64,000 nt of DNA from Anthoceros angustus. Taxonomy: Eukaryota; Plantae; Anthocerotophyta. The DNA lies in NCBI GenBank assembly GCA_010909165.1, contig MU008158.1:1265478-1329477 (forward strand), read 5' to 3'. Under the pieces are notes generated by a model. It was not told the origin of the DNA and did no database searches. It saw nothing but the letters and a program-made list of their open reading frames with translations. Positions 37,893-51,149 of the stretch are shown one piece after another (within the stretch, counting starts at the first letter, position 1; the number at the start of each line of letters is the position of its first letter). Position numbers and translations under genes: made by a program.

Positions 37893-39478
37893 ATGATCGC
37901 GCGGGCGTTGCTGCTGCAGTCGGTGAGGGAGGCGGGGCGTGACGCCCTGCAAAAATGCGTGGCTTTCACTGAAAGCGGAGGATGTTGGGCGGCCCTTCAG
38001 GTGCGAGGATTTGCCAAGAGGAGGTCGAAGAAGAGGCCCAAGCTGCACGGGCCCAGCACATGGCCCAAGGTAGACAGGGAGAAGTGGCACAAGGACCTGT
38101 CTCTGGACAATGTGGTGGAGAGGGACAAGAATGTGCAGTATGTGATCGCCATGAAGGACATTCTGGCCAGTATGCCGGGGATGCAGATGCCCGTGGCCCG
38201 GTTGGGGAGCTACAAGCGGTTTATCGGCACCGCTGGGGACAGGAACAGGCCGGCTGCTTGGCTGAACAAGTACCCCGATGTGTTCGAGGTGGGAGGGATG
38301 GCTTGGTTGCATTGCCTTGTAGCAGGAGTTGCTAATGCTGATTGACTGACGCTCATTTTGGTCTTGGCCGCCGATAGGTGCACGACAGAGGTACCACGGT
38401 TTCGTGGTTCACCTTCACGCCCGAGGCTCTTGGATGTGTGCAGAGGGAGAGGGAGTTCTGGGCCCAGAATGAGGGGCAGTTGGTGAACAAGTTGAGGAAG
38501 ATTCTGATGATGGCGCCTGGCAGGCGGCTTTCCCTGGATGTGTTTGCGCAGCTTAAGAGAGATCTTGGTCTGCCGGAGGACTTCAGGATCAACCTGGTGA
38601 TGAATCACCCGGACTATTTCCGCGTCGTGGAGTCCACATACGGGCCTGAATTGGAGCTCACGGAGTGGGACCCGGAATTGGCAGTGTCCGCTTTCGAGAC
38701 AATGCTGGCCGCCACGGCGGCTGCTGAGGAACAGAGTGCGGAATCCGGGGAGGATGTCACGACCAAGAAGCCTGAAAATTGGGTGAACTGGTCATCTTTC
38801 AGAAACAAGAGCAATCTGAAAAAGAAGCATGTGCAGGAGATTGTGGAGTTTCATCAGGCTCCTCTCGTCTCACCCTACTTCGACCGAGTGCATGAACTGG
38901 AGCCTCGGTCACTTGAGGCTGAGCGACATGCTGTAGCTGTGCTGCACGAGTTGCTGAGCCTCACACTGCGAAAGAGGGTGGTCATCGACCGTCTTGCTCA
39001 TTACAGAAAGCTCTTCCGTTACACCAAGCAAACTAGGTCCATTTTCATCCAACATCCTGAGATCTTCTACGTATCCTTGAAGAACTCCACTGAGACTGTC
39101 TTCTTACGAGACGCTTACAAGATGTCTGAGCTTGTGGAGGTGGATCCTTTCCTGGAAGCTCAGGCATGGGTAGGAACCATGATCGACAACGGACGGGTGG
39201 CCAAGAAGCTGGAAAAGGAACGGTTGAAGAGGGAACGGAGGCAGCTTGCCAAGGCAGGGGCACTGGAAGCAGGCGAAGGGTCTGTGGGCGATGAGTCTGT
39301 GAATCAGCAAACAGGGGCTCCAGATGCAGGAGCTGAGAGCTCGGATGAAGCTGACTCTGGACTGGAGGACGAGGAACCCTCTGATATGTCAGGAGATGAT
39401 GAAGACTTTGACAGTGAGAGCGATGTTGAAACCGAGGGAACAGAACGGAAGACTCTGTCTGGAATCCATGCCAAATGA
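37893..39478 (+). CDS. PORR-domain (WTF1/RPD1 family) protein, paralog 2; exons 37893-38288 and 38378-39478
   Basis: KDLSLDNVVERDK, LRKILMMAPGRRL..DLGLPEDF, ERHAVAVLHELLSLT, HPEIFYVSLK..TVFLRDAY; mitochondrial-type presequence (QVRGFAKRR); acidic C-tail. Confidence 0.92.
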
Positions 39479-39608
39479 ATTCATTCCATCGTTGAATCCA
39501 AAAAATCATGCATGACGGACGACTTTCGTCCTGTGGTTTGCACGAGGGTTAATGCTCTAAACAAAAACGATTCTCTGTAACCGTCTACATAATACAGAGG
39601 CCCACAGA

Positions 39609-42600
39609 TCAAGTGGTCAAAGCAGACGCGTGCTGTCGGTGTCTCAAAGTACTCGAAGGGGTCTCGATACCATTGCTGGCAGTACTTACGGTTGTGTTGG
39701 AGGAGTGCGCGGGCGTCAATCCTGCCGAATGCCCTCCCGGCTGTGCACGGTTGGTTTCAGCTTCGCCAGCTAATTGCTGCCCTTCTTCCGCAAGCTTCTT
39801 CAGAATCTTCATTAAGGTAGGCAGAAGCTTTGATGTCACGGAGATGATTCCCGGCAGCTGTCAAAGATGAAAAGGGGCCCATCAGCATCCTGGAAGCCAA
39901 ACTGAGACAGAGGAACGTAAGGCCTCCGTTTCAACAAGATTGCAAAGCACTGGGGCAGTGGACTTTCTTACGGACCAAGCCAGCTTCAAATTCTCTGGCA
40001 ATGTCAAGTTGAACCCACACAGCTTTCCCAAAGAGATACGAAATGAAAATTATCCCGAGGTATAAGGGATTTCTGCGCAACAGCAATAGCGTCTCAATAC
40101 TGTCCAGTTTGTGAAGTTAGCACCCTTCATGACTGAATAAGAAGTCAGCAATTACCTGAGTAGAGTCATGAACTCATTAAACCCAAGAATGATCATTGCC
40201 AGGATAGCCCACATAGGAGGGAGTGATGTCCTGTTCCTCTGCTTACTTGCCTCCTAAAGTTGAAACAGATATAAAGTGAGATGCCAAAACTTTGAACCCG
40301 AAGTCAAACATAAAAATTTCAGGACACCTTATCCTAACCGACCTGTGCCAGTACGGCCTGACTGATTGCATACTGAGTATCGCTTTTGAATTGCCTCCAC
40401 AGAGCTTTACATTGTACGGGGGAGATCAGGGTATTTTCAGCAGAAATCTACGACACGGTTGAACAGACGTCAGAACAAACAACAAAATGCATTTATGCAG
40501 CATCGACTTTAATTCACAAAGGATACAGGTTACGTCAGGTACCCCCTCCCATGTGCTCGCAGCCAAGACATTCGATACTTCAAAATCAGGGGGTGCCCTA
40601 CTGCCACTTAGGCTTGCTTCTGAGCTATCGCCAAGCAGTGTGTACAATGCAGCCTCAACCTCATCCACACCCTCCTCCAAGCGGAGTGCCGCCAGCACAG
40701 AAAGCAACTTCAAAGCCTGAAGGCAATTGGCAGCAGTCAGCAACAATGCAACGTACCTACGCCATGTGCGTAGATCCTTACGGACAAACTGGGGAGATGT
40801 TCAGAAAGCCCACTTACAGCCAAACGAGCCTCCCTGGTAATCGCTTTAACATCATCTTCAGCTGACCAGACCCTTGGAATAGAATCGGCATCTTGGCTGA
40901 AAATGTGGTTGAATCTACAAACCAGAAGCCTCGCATATCATGGAGAATTCACAAGCAGAACAAGGTCGCTGACTCAACTGTGCTGATCATGACATGACGC
41001 AATTTCGGTTATGAAAATACCTGTAATTCATCTGTGCCAGTGCATTTCCTGCTTCTTCTTTTGCTTTTCTCTTCACAGTGTTTGTGGCGAAATCTTTCAG
41101 ATCAGCAATTATCCTGAATTCTTCATCCTTGTCCATCTCAAACCCAGTTAGGGCAGCACTCAAGTCTCTCGCAGCATTGTCCGTCTGTTGTGCGAGTAGC
41201 GTCCTTATGGAGGGCCAAGCGTCTGGACTGCCAGCTTGCAGAAGCGATCCAATTGGAATGACTAAAACCTGATCAAGATGCTTCTGCAAAAAAGACCACA
41301 AGCCAAGCAAACAGTTGATATCCACCTACTCGCTGGCAACATCATGTCCCTGCTGCCCATATAGGCAACAATGATTCATACCTGAGCGCCAGAGATCAGC
41401 TCTGCAAGCTTCTCTGACCGTACTGAAGCAGCATGGCCCTCCAGATCCGCCCGCAACTGTTCCCTTGTTTTGGATAACTTGAAACTCCCTTCGACCTTCT
41501 GCCACCCTGTTCTCCTTATGAGGGCATCTGCATCCAGCGTCACCCATCAACAAAAACGAGAAGATAAGCACTATGACACAGAAAAGTGGCCCCAAAGCGT
41601 GATATTGCACACCTCATACCTGCAGAGCCTCTTTCAAAATCGGCCATGGCATCAGCTGCACAGCCCCGGACTGATGCTGCAAAATGCTGAGTCCCATCTG
41701 GTTGAGCCACTGCAGCCGCTAGGTCCTGCTTAAATCTACTAAAAGCTTTACCCCTGTGATGTCCCACAAGAGCTTTTTGTGCAGGCTGGAACATCTGGAA
41801 GGACGGTGTGTACAACCCGACAAACAACTCAGATGAAGGCCAAAATAAACATACATCGGCCAGAACATCATACATTCACCCCTATTTACTCTCCAAAATG
41901 AGGAGTACTTGCTTACATCTAAGATATGCGACAAAAGCTCATGGCGCTTCGCACATCTCACACTTTCCTCGAAATGAGCAGCTTCCTGATCATACCTGCA
42001 TAGAAGAGGCCTGCTTGAGAGTTTCCTACAATCTACAGATTACATTGCAAGGCCAAACTAGATATATACCCTGTTATCTGGTCGACAAGAAGCTTAGTTG
42101 CCTTGTCCCCAAAACCCGAAACAGGGCCTTGCATGGAATTTTCATACAAGTCCAGCCATTCCTACAGCAAACCAAAGTTCATTCCATTAAAAGAGTCCTT
42201 GAAACTCCAAAAACTTGCAGAATTCTTCGAAAACAAGGATTGCTACCTGATCTGCACCTAATTTTGCAATCTTCTCAGCAGCTATGGCGTCACATCGAAC
42301 AGTTGCAACCATCACCTGCAATTCACAACATCCATGTGTGTTGAATAACCTATGCATTCGCAAAAAGCATCCGCTACTGAGGTACTCAATGGATGGAATT
42401 TATCTCCAGGGGCATATATCAAACAGTGAGGATAATACTGAAGTACAACTCCGAACCTTATGTGTTGGCAGGTCTAGATCTTTGTTCTCCTTCACAACTC
42501 TCCAGATAGCCTGAGTACTGACCGAGAAACCTGTTCCTGGCACCACCCCCTGCCGGTCACCCGCCAAACCCCCTGGCGCTATCGAGTTGAAGAATCTCTG

Positions 42601-44380
42601 ACGGAGCTGGGCCACCTGAAACAAACATACACAAGCAAATCAGACAGCCATCGCTCACACATGAGATCAGGTGTTTTCTTGAATATACAGAGCTTACTTC
42701 TGCCTTAAATTGCTCTTCTTTGTCCTCATAATTTGAAAGCGCTGTCACTTCAATCTGGTCAACCAGAAATGCATGGCAGTATAAAGGCAACCACATACCT
42801 CAAAGGGAAGAAAACCCAAAAAGTACAACCTCTTTACACAACTACACAATATGGCATACATTGAAGAACTCAGTCAAAGGGGTCTCACGGTGCATCTCAG
42901 GTTTAGGAACGCTGTCCCAAATCTGCAAGTTCGAAAGAAACAGACGTGATTAGACATGAGAGGCACCTTCTTGGGCGATAATTGTGTGCTGGTATACCAC
43001 TCTGTCTGAGGACCACGTACCTTTTGAACTTCCACCCGAATGCTACTGTCCAATACCTCCAAGGGGGTCTGGATGATCAGCAACCAGATAATGAGATGGA
43101 AAAGCTACAACATGACAATTGAACACAACATGATCTTGCGATGATTGCTTACTTTGGTCTTGTCACGAATCACAAACAGCAAGGTCGTCTTCCTAGGGGT
43201 AAAAAGGCGCATCATGACCTAGATTGTGGCATAGAATATCAGAAAAGTAGTCCACACATATATTCCAACACTCCGAGCTGACATAGTTAACAGGGATCCC
43301 CTTACCTGGAAGACCGTCTTCAACAACGGTTTGTTTGCTGCATGTTCTCGACCAATGTCATGGCACCACCTATCAAATTTTGTTCAACCACCAATTGCCA
43401 GCCTTATCAAGTGATGCATAACTCAGGCTAATGCCACAAATTGGTCAATAAGGACATTCAGATGTATCGAAAGTAGATAGAGGGAGAATGCTTACATGTT
43501 TATCAGCACAACGTCCGAAACAGCAAGTGCAAAAAGTGAACTTTGCTTCTCAAAAGCAGTATCATCCTGAGACAACGTCAAACCACATCAAAGCTGTGCT
43601 GTAACAAGAAGCCCCCAGACACAAGCAGCTGTTCCATATTCAAACTTCCACTGACAACTTCGATAAGACGCCGCTGAATAGTTCCTAGGCCCCTAGAATT
43701 GACAGTACGATAAGTTGAAGAGGAGAAAATCGACGATGGTGCAGTGCACGCCTCTGCCAGGAGCAATACCTCGCCTCGTTCTGTTCCATCTGTGCCTTCC
43801 AAATCCATGATGAGCGTGCAAGGATCAATACCGGATGCTCTTGCCAGCCACACACCCTGAGTGGTCTGGCTTCTGCAAACCCACGAGTTTGTGTGAACCG
43901 AGAGAGGAAGAAAAAGCTGCAGGCAGAAAGGGCCAGGGTCCAGTACAAACCTCCCACTCAGTGCATTCATTTCGGTGAACCGAGTGCTGAACAGATGATT
44001 CAACAGGGTGCTCTTACCTGCACAGCAGAAACAACGACATCAAATCACCACTTCGGAAACCTTCTGACAGCACCGCAATCTTCCCTGTTTGTCCGAATCA
44101 CGAAATCGATCCAGCCAAACAGGCAAGATTCTACTGCTCCGCAGCCACCAGCCGAATCAGAGCACAAAATTTCGAAGATCAACGACAGTCTGCCCCAGCA
44201 CTCCAGTAAGCAGGCAATCCAACACAGGAATGATGCCCTACCGCTGCTCTGCGGTCCCATAATGGACACGACAGCGTAGGAAAGACCGCAGCTGGAGAGA
44301 TCCACTGCCTTGATGAAGGCGTCCAGGCCCGGGCCATTGAAGGCCCCCTCGCTGTCAATGAGCTGCAGCACCCCCGCCAT
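39609..44380 (-). CDS. RHD3: ROOT HAIR DEFECTIVE 3 / Sey1 dynamin-like ER fusion GTPase, about 20 exons
   Basis: [25 protein letters not shown] (P-loop split by an intron), [45 protein letters not shown]-terminal TM hairpin. Confidence 0.95.
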
Positions 44381-44785
44381 AGCCCAAGTGTTGGATGCAG
44401 CTCTCAGCGCAGCAGCCGCATAAGGGTACAAGGCACCTTGATCGCCTGGTTGTGCTGGCAATTCTGTGTCTCGACACTCTGCAGCACCAATCCAAGTACT
44501 ACGTCAAACAGCCGAGCCCATGCATACAGAGCTCGGATTTTTTGAAGTGGCCTTAGTAGCTGCCAGCTTTGGCCTGACCCAGTTGTTATATATATGAGAA
44601 TCGATATGAATCGCGACTCTTATCAGGACGCATGTTGCTCCGTAACATATTTGGTTTTGGCGTAAAAATGCTACGTAAACCTCGTAAACGACCCACCCAC
44701 AGTCCGCCTGTTTACATAGCTCATGAACGGGCCGCGTTGTCCATAGCTGCAGGCCAGGCCAGGCCGTGAAGCACGCCTTGCAAAC

Positions 44786-47192
44786 ATGGGGAAGGTGAAG
44801 ACGGCGTTGAAGAAGAGCACGGAGGAAGATCTGGATCGCTTTCTCGTCGATAGGGCTGAAGCAGATCGAGAGGGCGGGGCGGCTCAGGCCGCGGGCCCGC
44901 TTTTTTTCGCCGACAAGAGCCGAGGTGTGAAGATGCAGGATTCATGTTTTGTTTGACGTTGTGTGGGAAGCAGCCATGCGTTCTTCGTAGAGAGGTGGAG
45001 AGGTAGAAGTGGAGTGACGGTGGCTCATGGTTCATGGTGACTGTGTGCCGGAGCAGATGTTTCGCTGGCGAGAAAAGTTCATGAACGTCGCAATAAGGTG
45101 CTGCATAGTGACAGCATACTGGAGAGGAAGTCTCTGATGCCTCCTGTTCATAACTCGAAGAAAAGTCATAAGAAATCGAAAGAGAAGGATCAGGCCAAGC
45201 CTCCAGGAAAACCGACCGCAAGTGTGCCAGTTCCTGCGACTAGGGTAAGTTAAGTGTTTGCTGAGTAGTCTCCGGGACTGATTGTAAGAGGGACTGGTTG
45301 TGGAGCTTGACAGTGAGGGGTGTTTCTCTGCAGAAGCGGCAGGACCCTGTGCACGACATGTGGGGCAGTGAAGAAAAGAAGCAGAGAAAACGGATGCCTG
45401 AGGCAATTGCTCCTGCAGTTGAAGTAGATGCTCCTGGGTGTTCATACAACCCCACCTTTGATGACCATCAGGTACTTGCTCCGAGCTCCAAGTATGGTAG
45501 GGTGAGATCTCGGTGTGCATTGCAGCATTTGCAGTTGGTATATTCACGTTGAAGTTTTTATTGTTAAGTCATGTGGACTTTGTCGACAGGAGGTCCTTGG
45601 GCTTGCTGTAGCACAAGAGATGCGCAAGGTCTACCAGAGGGTTCTACAGCCAGAGGCAGTACCTCGAACTGTTGAGGGACCCATGGTGTCAGAGGAGGAG
45701 GTATTGCTTGCCTTATGCTACAGACCCACTGCTTGTACCAGGCTATAACCACTATTGCTTGCACTTAAAGATCAGGGTATCACCTGACGCAGTTGGAATG
45801 TAGCATGATTGCTGACATTTTTTGTGTCTTTCTTGAGGCAATTCTCATTACAGGACGTTAAATTCTTGTGCTTGTCCGTGGCTTGATTGTTAATTGTTTG
45901 CTGCTGGTTGCACTTTATCAACTGTGCATTTGTTATTCAATGTTTGCTGCTGGGTACATTTTTATTAATTGGTGGTGAAAAAATCAATCTTGAAGCAGAT
46001 TATCTAATTCATGGCGGTTGCTGTCAGGCACTGTTTCTTGATGTAGATCTTGATGAAGATGACGAGGAGTCAGACGATGATGTGGGACAAGCTGGCTCTA
46101 GGTATTTGATCCGTTACTCTTCATCCAAACTTTGCTGTTGAATGTGTCTGTGAATGACAAACATTCATTTCAGTTTATCTGTTTTGATAAACTTGTGAGG
46201 GACCAAGAAACTCACTTTCAAAGGAAACTGGTGGTACAAACATAATTTGGGTATCCTTGAACTGTTAAACTTTTGTGCAGGGTGGTGAAGGCTAAGAAAT
46301 TGACTCGGGTGGACTTGAACAAAAAGAAGAGAAGAAGAGAAGCCTTAAAGGTCGAAGCAGAGAAGCAGCATCAGAAGAAGATTCGAAAAGATATAGCCAG
46401 GTACACTTCAAGTGGCAAAGCATGGGCCTGGTGTACTACTATTATGTGTCTTTTAAATGAGAGAAATTGCCAAACTGCAGGGTGCCAGAGATGCTGGAAG
46501 AATTAGAGACCCAAGATGAAGTTAAAGAGAGGCACAGGATAAGGCGCATTGTCTCTAGGGAGGAAAGGAGAGCGCAGGGTCCCCCGCCTCTGGGCAGGCA
46601 CAAGTATGTACATGTTTCGAATTGTTTGTTCGTTTTGGTGGTCAGTGTGCTGCGACTTTTTAGCGGTAACTGTAAGATGGCTCGTGCTGTTCATGTAGGT
46701 TCGTGCCAGACCCTGTGCAAGTACTTACAACAGAGGAGGTGTCAGGGTCTTTGCGGAAGCTGAAGGTTATCTGTTTGGCACCTTTGTTAATGCCTTGCAC
46801 GTGTGTGTATGCCTTGGTAGCAAATGCACTCCTGGAGACTTTCAAGGAGCTTGGTTTCTAGTCTGCCTACTGTCTAAGACTACAGGTCTCTGACTTCTGA
46901 GATAACCTTCCTGTGATCCAATGACAGGCCTGCTACACCCTTACTCGAGAAAGGTTCAAAAGCTGGCAACGGCGCGGACTTATGGAGGCCCGGGCTCCCA
47001 GTAGGTACGGCAGCGGATCATTGTGGATCTGCCTTCTCACGTGAAATTGACCTTGTTCAAATATGACATGTACATAGGTGGAATGCGTTTGCCTCCGGGC
47101 TGTTTCAGTGTGCCGGTTCCTTTTCATAAAAATAAATATTAATGTTGGATCTCATCCTGTTGCCTTGCAGGAAGAAGAAAAGGCGACCTTGA
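44786..47192 (+). CDS. NOP53: Ribosome biogenesis protein NOP53/GLTSCR2, about 10 exons
   Basis: LFFADK (Mtr4 arch-interacting-motif-like), PAVEVDAPGCSYNPTFDDHQ, KKLTRVDLNKK, PPPLGRHKFVPDPVQVLTTEEVSGSLRKLK, RERFKSWQRRGLME. Confidence 0.9.
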
Positions 47193-47940
47193 TTCGCTCA
47201 ACCCGTGGGGGAGTACGAGGAGCCTCAGCGGGAGGAGGACTGTTAGAACCGGCAGCAGAGTCCACCCAGGCTATGTTTGCCAGACAACCCTTGGAAATGT
47301 AAGCACGTGCTGATCACTCTAGACTCGAGCAAATGCTTGATGGATGGAACAAGCTAATAGGGGGTAGTTCTGGATGCGTGCCAAAATCCCAGATGCTGTT
47401 CCACCTTGTGGCTTTTCGCCAACGGGTCCCCTGGGACGGTGGTTGTCTTAATTCCTGCCGTGATTTTATCATCGTACGATCGACATTAGGTAGTAAAGTT
47501 GGTTCCGTGAAGGTCCATCGATCTCTCGTCTTCGGTCCGTTGGCTGTGCAGAGGGTTGATGTCCGCTAGTGAATGGCAAGACCTGTGACTCAGTCGTTCT
47601 GCGTCGAGCAGCATGCGGTGGCCAGTGGATGCGTCCTTGACAGTCTCTCGTACTTCTGTCCTGCTCCGACGAAATGTCCAGTTGTCGAGTTGCCATGTCT
47701 GAGACAAAGGTGTGAAACTTAAGGCGGCAGATCGAAAATATTGGAAGAGAAGAGTCTTAGCCCAAAAATCCGGAGTCTAGGGCTGGGTAACCGTAGGGTG
47801 GATCTGCTCCGCTATGAAGCGAGCATTATTCTTATGTTCTAAGATAGGGTGTTTCTAGGTAATGGCTTGGCGGAAACTCTGTTCGTGTACCGGGCTGAGA
47901 GCCCAGTCGCTCACGCATGAATTTATGAAGTGAAGTCTAG

Positions 47941-50900
47941 AAGAAGAAGAAGAATAATTTTATTTAAGTCCACTAAGGATGGATTTCCATCATGGCATTT
48001 GGTACTTAACAACTTGTACCATGGTGTGCCTAAGCTACTTCCACCAAGGGCATCCATTTCCTTTAGGCACCCCTTTAAGTACTGATCTAAGCGCAGGATG
48101 CTTAATCACAACGTTCTTATAGACGTGTGTCCATTGAGCTAAGCTATTTGGACACATCTAGGTTGGTGGTCATTGCCGGCTTGATGAGAAAAAAGGGAAA
48201 AAAAAAAAGGAAATTGAATATCATATATTATTAATTAAAAATATTTCAATGTTCTAAATGAATAGGGAGATATTTTATACAGGTGAAAAATGATGGGAAG
48301 AGCCCATCCAGGAGGGGACAACCAAAGGGGGCCCCGAGGGTTGGGGTGGAAAGGAGCAAGTAAGCTCCCTACCTAAAGTCACCTACTGCACCCACAATGT
48401 CATAAATGGCCTGCAAATGGCCTGCAAATGGCCTGCAAACCATGGAGGTAGAGGAAGATGCGTCACCTACTATCGCCGCCTTCTGGAGGATCGCTGTTGA
48501 GACCGCCCGTTGAAGGGCAATTGAAACCCGCTGTCGGAAGTATGGTGTGATCGAGACGGACAGCCCCGCACTGTGCCTGCGTGCATGGTAAGCTTTGGCA
48601 CATGACTTGACAAATTTGTCAAAGTCCTCAGCCATTGCTCCATACGTTTCTAGTGCAAGCGGAATAAAGAGGTGGCCCGCTTACATCCTGCTATATTTGC
48701 GAACCTTGAGAGCCGCTACTCCGGCAGCCCAACCTGGACGGTTAGTGATGACCTGAGCGGAGATGGTGTCACGTGTAGGATCAGTAACCAGCACAACTAC
48801 CATCGAAACCTGGTCGTCACGGACAAGGTATAGGTCAGCCCTGATTGAACGACCTGTACGAAGAGTATACCCCCGCTCCCTCCGGGCCATGTAGCCACGT
48901 TCGCGAGTGATGGCGAACATGACATCGTGGATAGCGTCGTGGGTGGCAATTCGATGACCCCCATGGGGACAACAAGCAAGGTGTACCCCAGAATCATCGA
49001 GGGCAAAGCCGCACTCGCAAGTAAGGAGCGAAGAAGCCATGGGCTGAAGCAGGCCAAGACGGAATCGCATCGCAGTAGTGAAGGTGGTTGGTGCGATGTG
49101 AAAACCCCGTATGCATGGGCGAGCTAGTAGCCAAGCACCTAGTACGCCCTTCCCAGAACAAGAGCTGAGCCGTGCTCTTGTGGACCTGGGGATTTAGGGG
49201 TCCAGGAGGACAAACTGGAAAGCATAGCCGAGCTACTTCTCAAGCAGGGATGCTTGCAACCTCCTGAAACCATCAGTGATAAATGTCGAGAACGGAGGGA
49301 AGTCCTTCCGAGCATCCACTGATAACATGTCTCTGGCCTGCCTCAAGGACGTTTGGAGAGAGAAGGTTCCCTCCGCCTCACCTCATACGAGATCCTCCAG
49401 AAAGGGCCTATCATGGAGGATGAAGCGAGAAGCCAAAGCAGGGGCAGAGAGGGCCCAACTGCCCAAGAAAGCCGCCGGGGAAGAGACCTCCAGTGAGAGC
49501 AGACCTGTGCCACCAAATTGCACAGGCAGGGACGCTTGCTAGCGGGCCACATCGCCCACAGGGCACTCAAAAGCCCCTGAGCCCAAGATGTCTCCAAGAG
49601 TATCCATAATCTTCCTATCAAACTCCTGCACCCGGAACAAAAGGACCGGAGACGGAGGCAGCATACGGATGAGGTAACCAGGGCGCCTAGCAAAACACGA
49701 GGAAAGAATTCCAAAGGCCACATGTGCATCCTCCAGCAAAAGGAGGTCCTCAACATGGGAGAGGTCCTCTATGAGAGCCTGGTCCAAGAAGCTCCCGATG
49801 AAGTCAGGGGAACTGAAGGGGACCCTAGAATCTGCAGTCCCAAAGCCGGAGCAATCTCCCCAACAGGAAATTGCAAAGTAGGCAGGATCCCTGTCATGCC
49901 GTGTGATACTAATCCCTGTCATGCCGTGTGATACTAATCTCTGCACTTAAGTTTAGTGTTTGATTAGCATTAATTAATCTAATTACTTATCTTCAAGTAA
50001 GTAATTAGTGTTAATTAATCTAAGGTGCTTATGTTAATAAACATTGATTAGTGTTAATTAAACATGGTTAGCAATAGCTAAGTGGATAAGCTCAAGTAAT
50101 ATGCTGTGGCATATTCCTTGCATATTATAGTGTATTCTTATGATACAATAGCTAAGTGGATACGCTTAAGTAATATGCTTTAGCATATTCCTTGCATATT
50201 ATAGTGTATTCTTAGGATACAATAGCTAAGTGGATAAGCTCAAGTAATATGCTTTAGCATATTTCTTGCATATTATATTGTATTCTTAGGATATTTCTGG
50301 CATATGCTGATGCCAATAGGATATCTTAGGAATATGCCGATGCCAAGCGCTAGTATATATAGACTCTTCCATTGAGGACAAGCTCAGATCATAGCTTGTC
50401 CTCTAGATATGCAATGCAAGGGTGTTGTGAGGGGGCCAAAGCTATGACTTCGAGAGCGATGTGTGAGGAATTTGCATGTTGTTCTCATGGGGAGAGTGTG
50501 TTTGTGCCACGATGCACGAGCTACTCCCTCCTGTTGTTTATTGGTTTGCACCTATATATCTGCGTATTAGATTTGTTTTGCTTGGTTTTGTCGAGGAAGT
50601 GCTTATATGAATTCAAGTGCTTACCTCGTGCGACATCCCCGACGGAGACCAGACGCGGCACTTGGACAACTTGACCTTCAATTCCACCAAAGAAAGCTCA
50701 TGAGAGAAGAGCTCAAAGGCCTCCTTGACCTTGTCCCCAGGCCTGAGGATGTGAGAATCGTCTGTCAGCGAAGGGAAGACACAATCGCACGCTGAGAAGG
50801 CGGCTCTGGATAGGGCCCTATAGTGAGCAATGGCGAAGAGAGCACCGCCTAGGGGGTTGCCTTGCCCGGTACCTGTGGTCGATTCCAAGACAGAGATGGC

Positions 50901-51130
50901 AAATCCTGAAGAGACGGTCTTGTGCTAGTAGTAGAGGTTGGAGGACCTCCCATAGAAGCATCGCACAAAAGGTATAAGGCTCCCCAAGATGCCGCCAACA
51001 TCCCTAAGCTTCTCAAAGATGACGCTCCTAGAAATGGCATTGAAGGCATTCTCGACATCCACTTGTAAGACCACCCACTCCAAGTGGGTATCAAGGCATG
51101 CCTCACTCCAAGCACGACAACGCCGCTCAA
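47941..51130 (-). mobile_element. 5'-truncated, degenerate RLE-type (CRE-like) non-LTR retrotransposon
   Basis: RT motifs LQVDVENAFNAISR, GTGQGNPLGGALFAIA, SLTDDSHIL; C-terminal CECG..D..GVHL..C..GG.RIATHDAI zinc motif, RADL, IPLALETYGAM, RQRVSIALQRA; 3' UTR ends in AATAAA plus a (TTC)4 tail. Confidence 0.8.
49892..50635. mobile_element. Solo LTR inserted into the RT region of the CRE-like element
   Basis: Ends TGTC...GACA with 4-bp TCCC on both sides; the RT reading (WSPSG|ILP) rejoins on removal; first 25 bp tandemly duplicated; contains three 74-bp tandem repeats (50073-50293). Confidence 0.75.
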
Positions 51131-51149
51131 TGAATAGAACGAATCTGAA

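Noticed and set aside
50073-50293. CRISPR-like array
   Set aside because: The 74-bp units are contiguous with no unique spacers, lie inside a solo LTR, and there are no cas genes.
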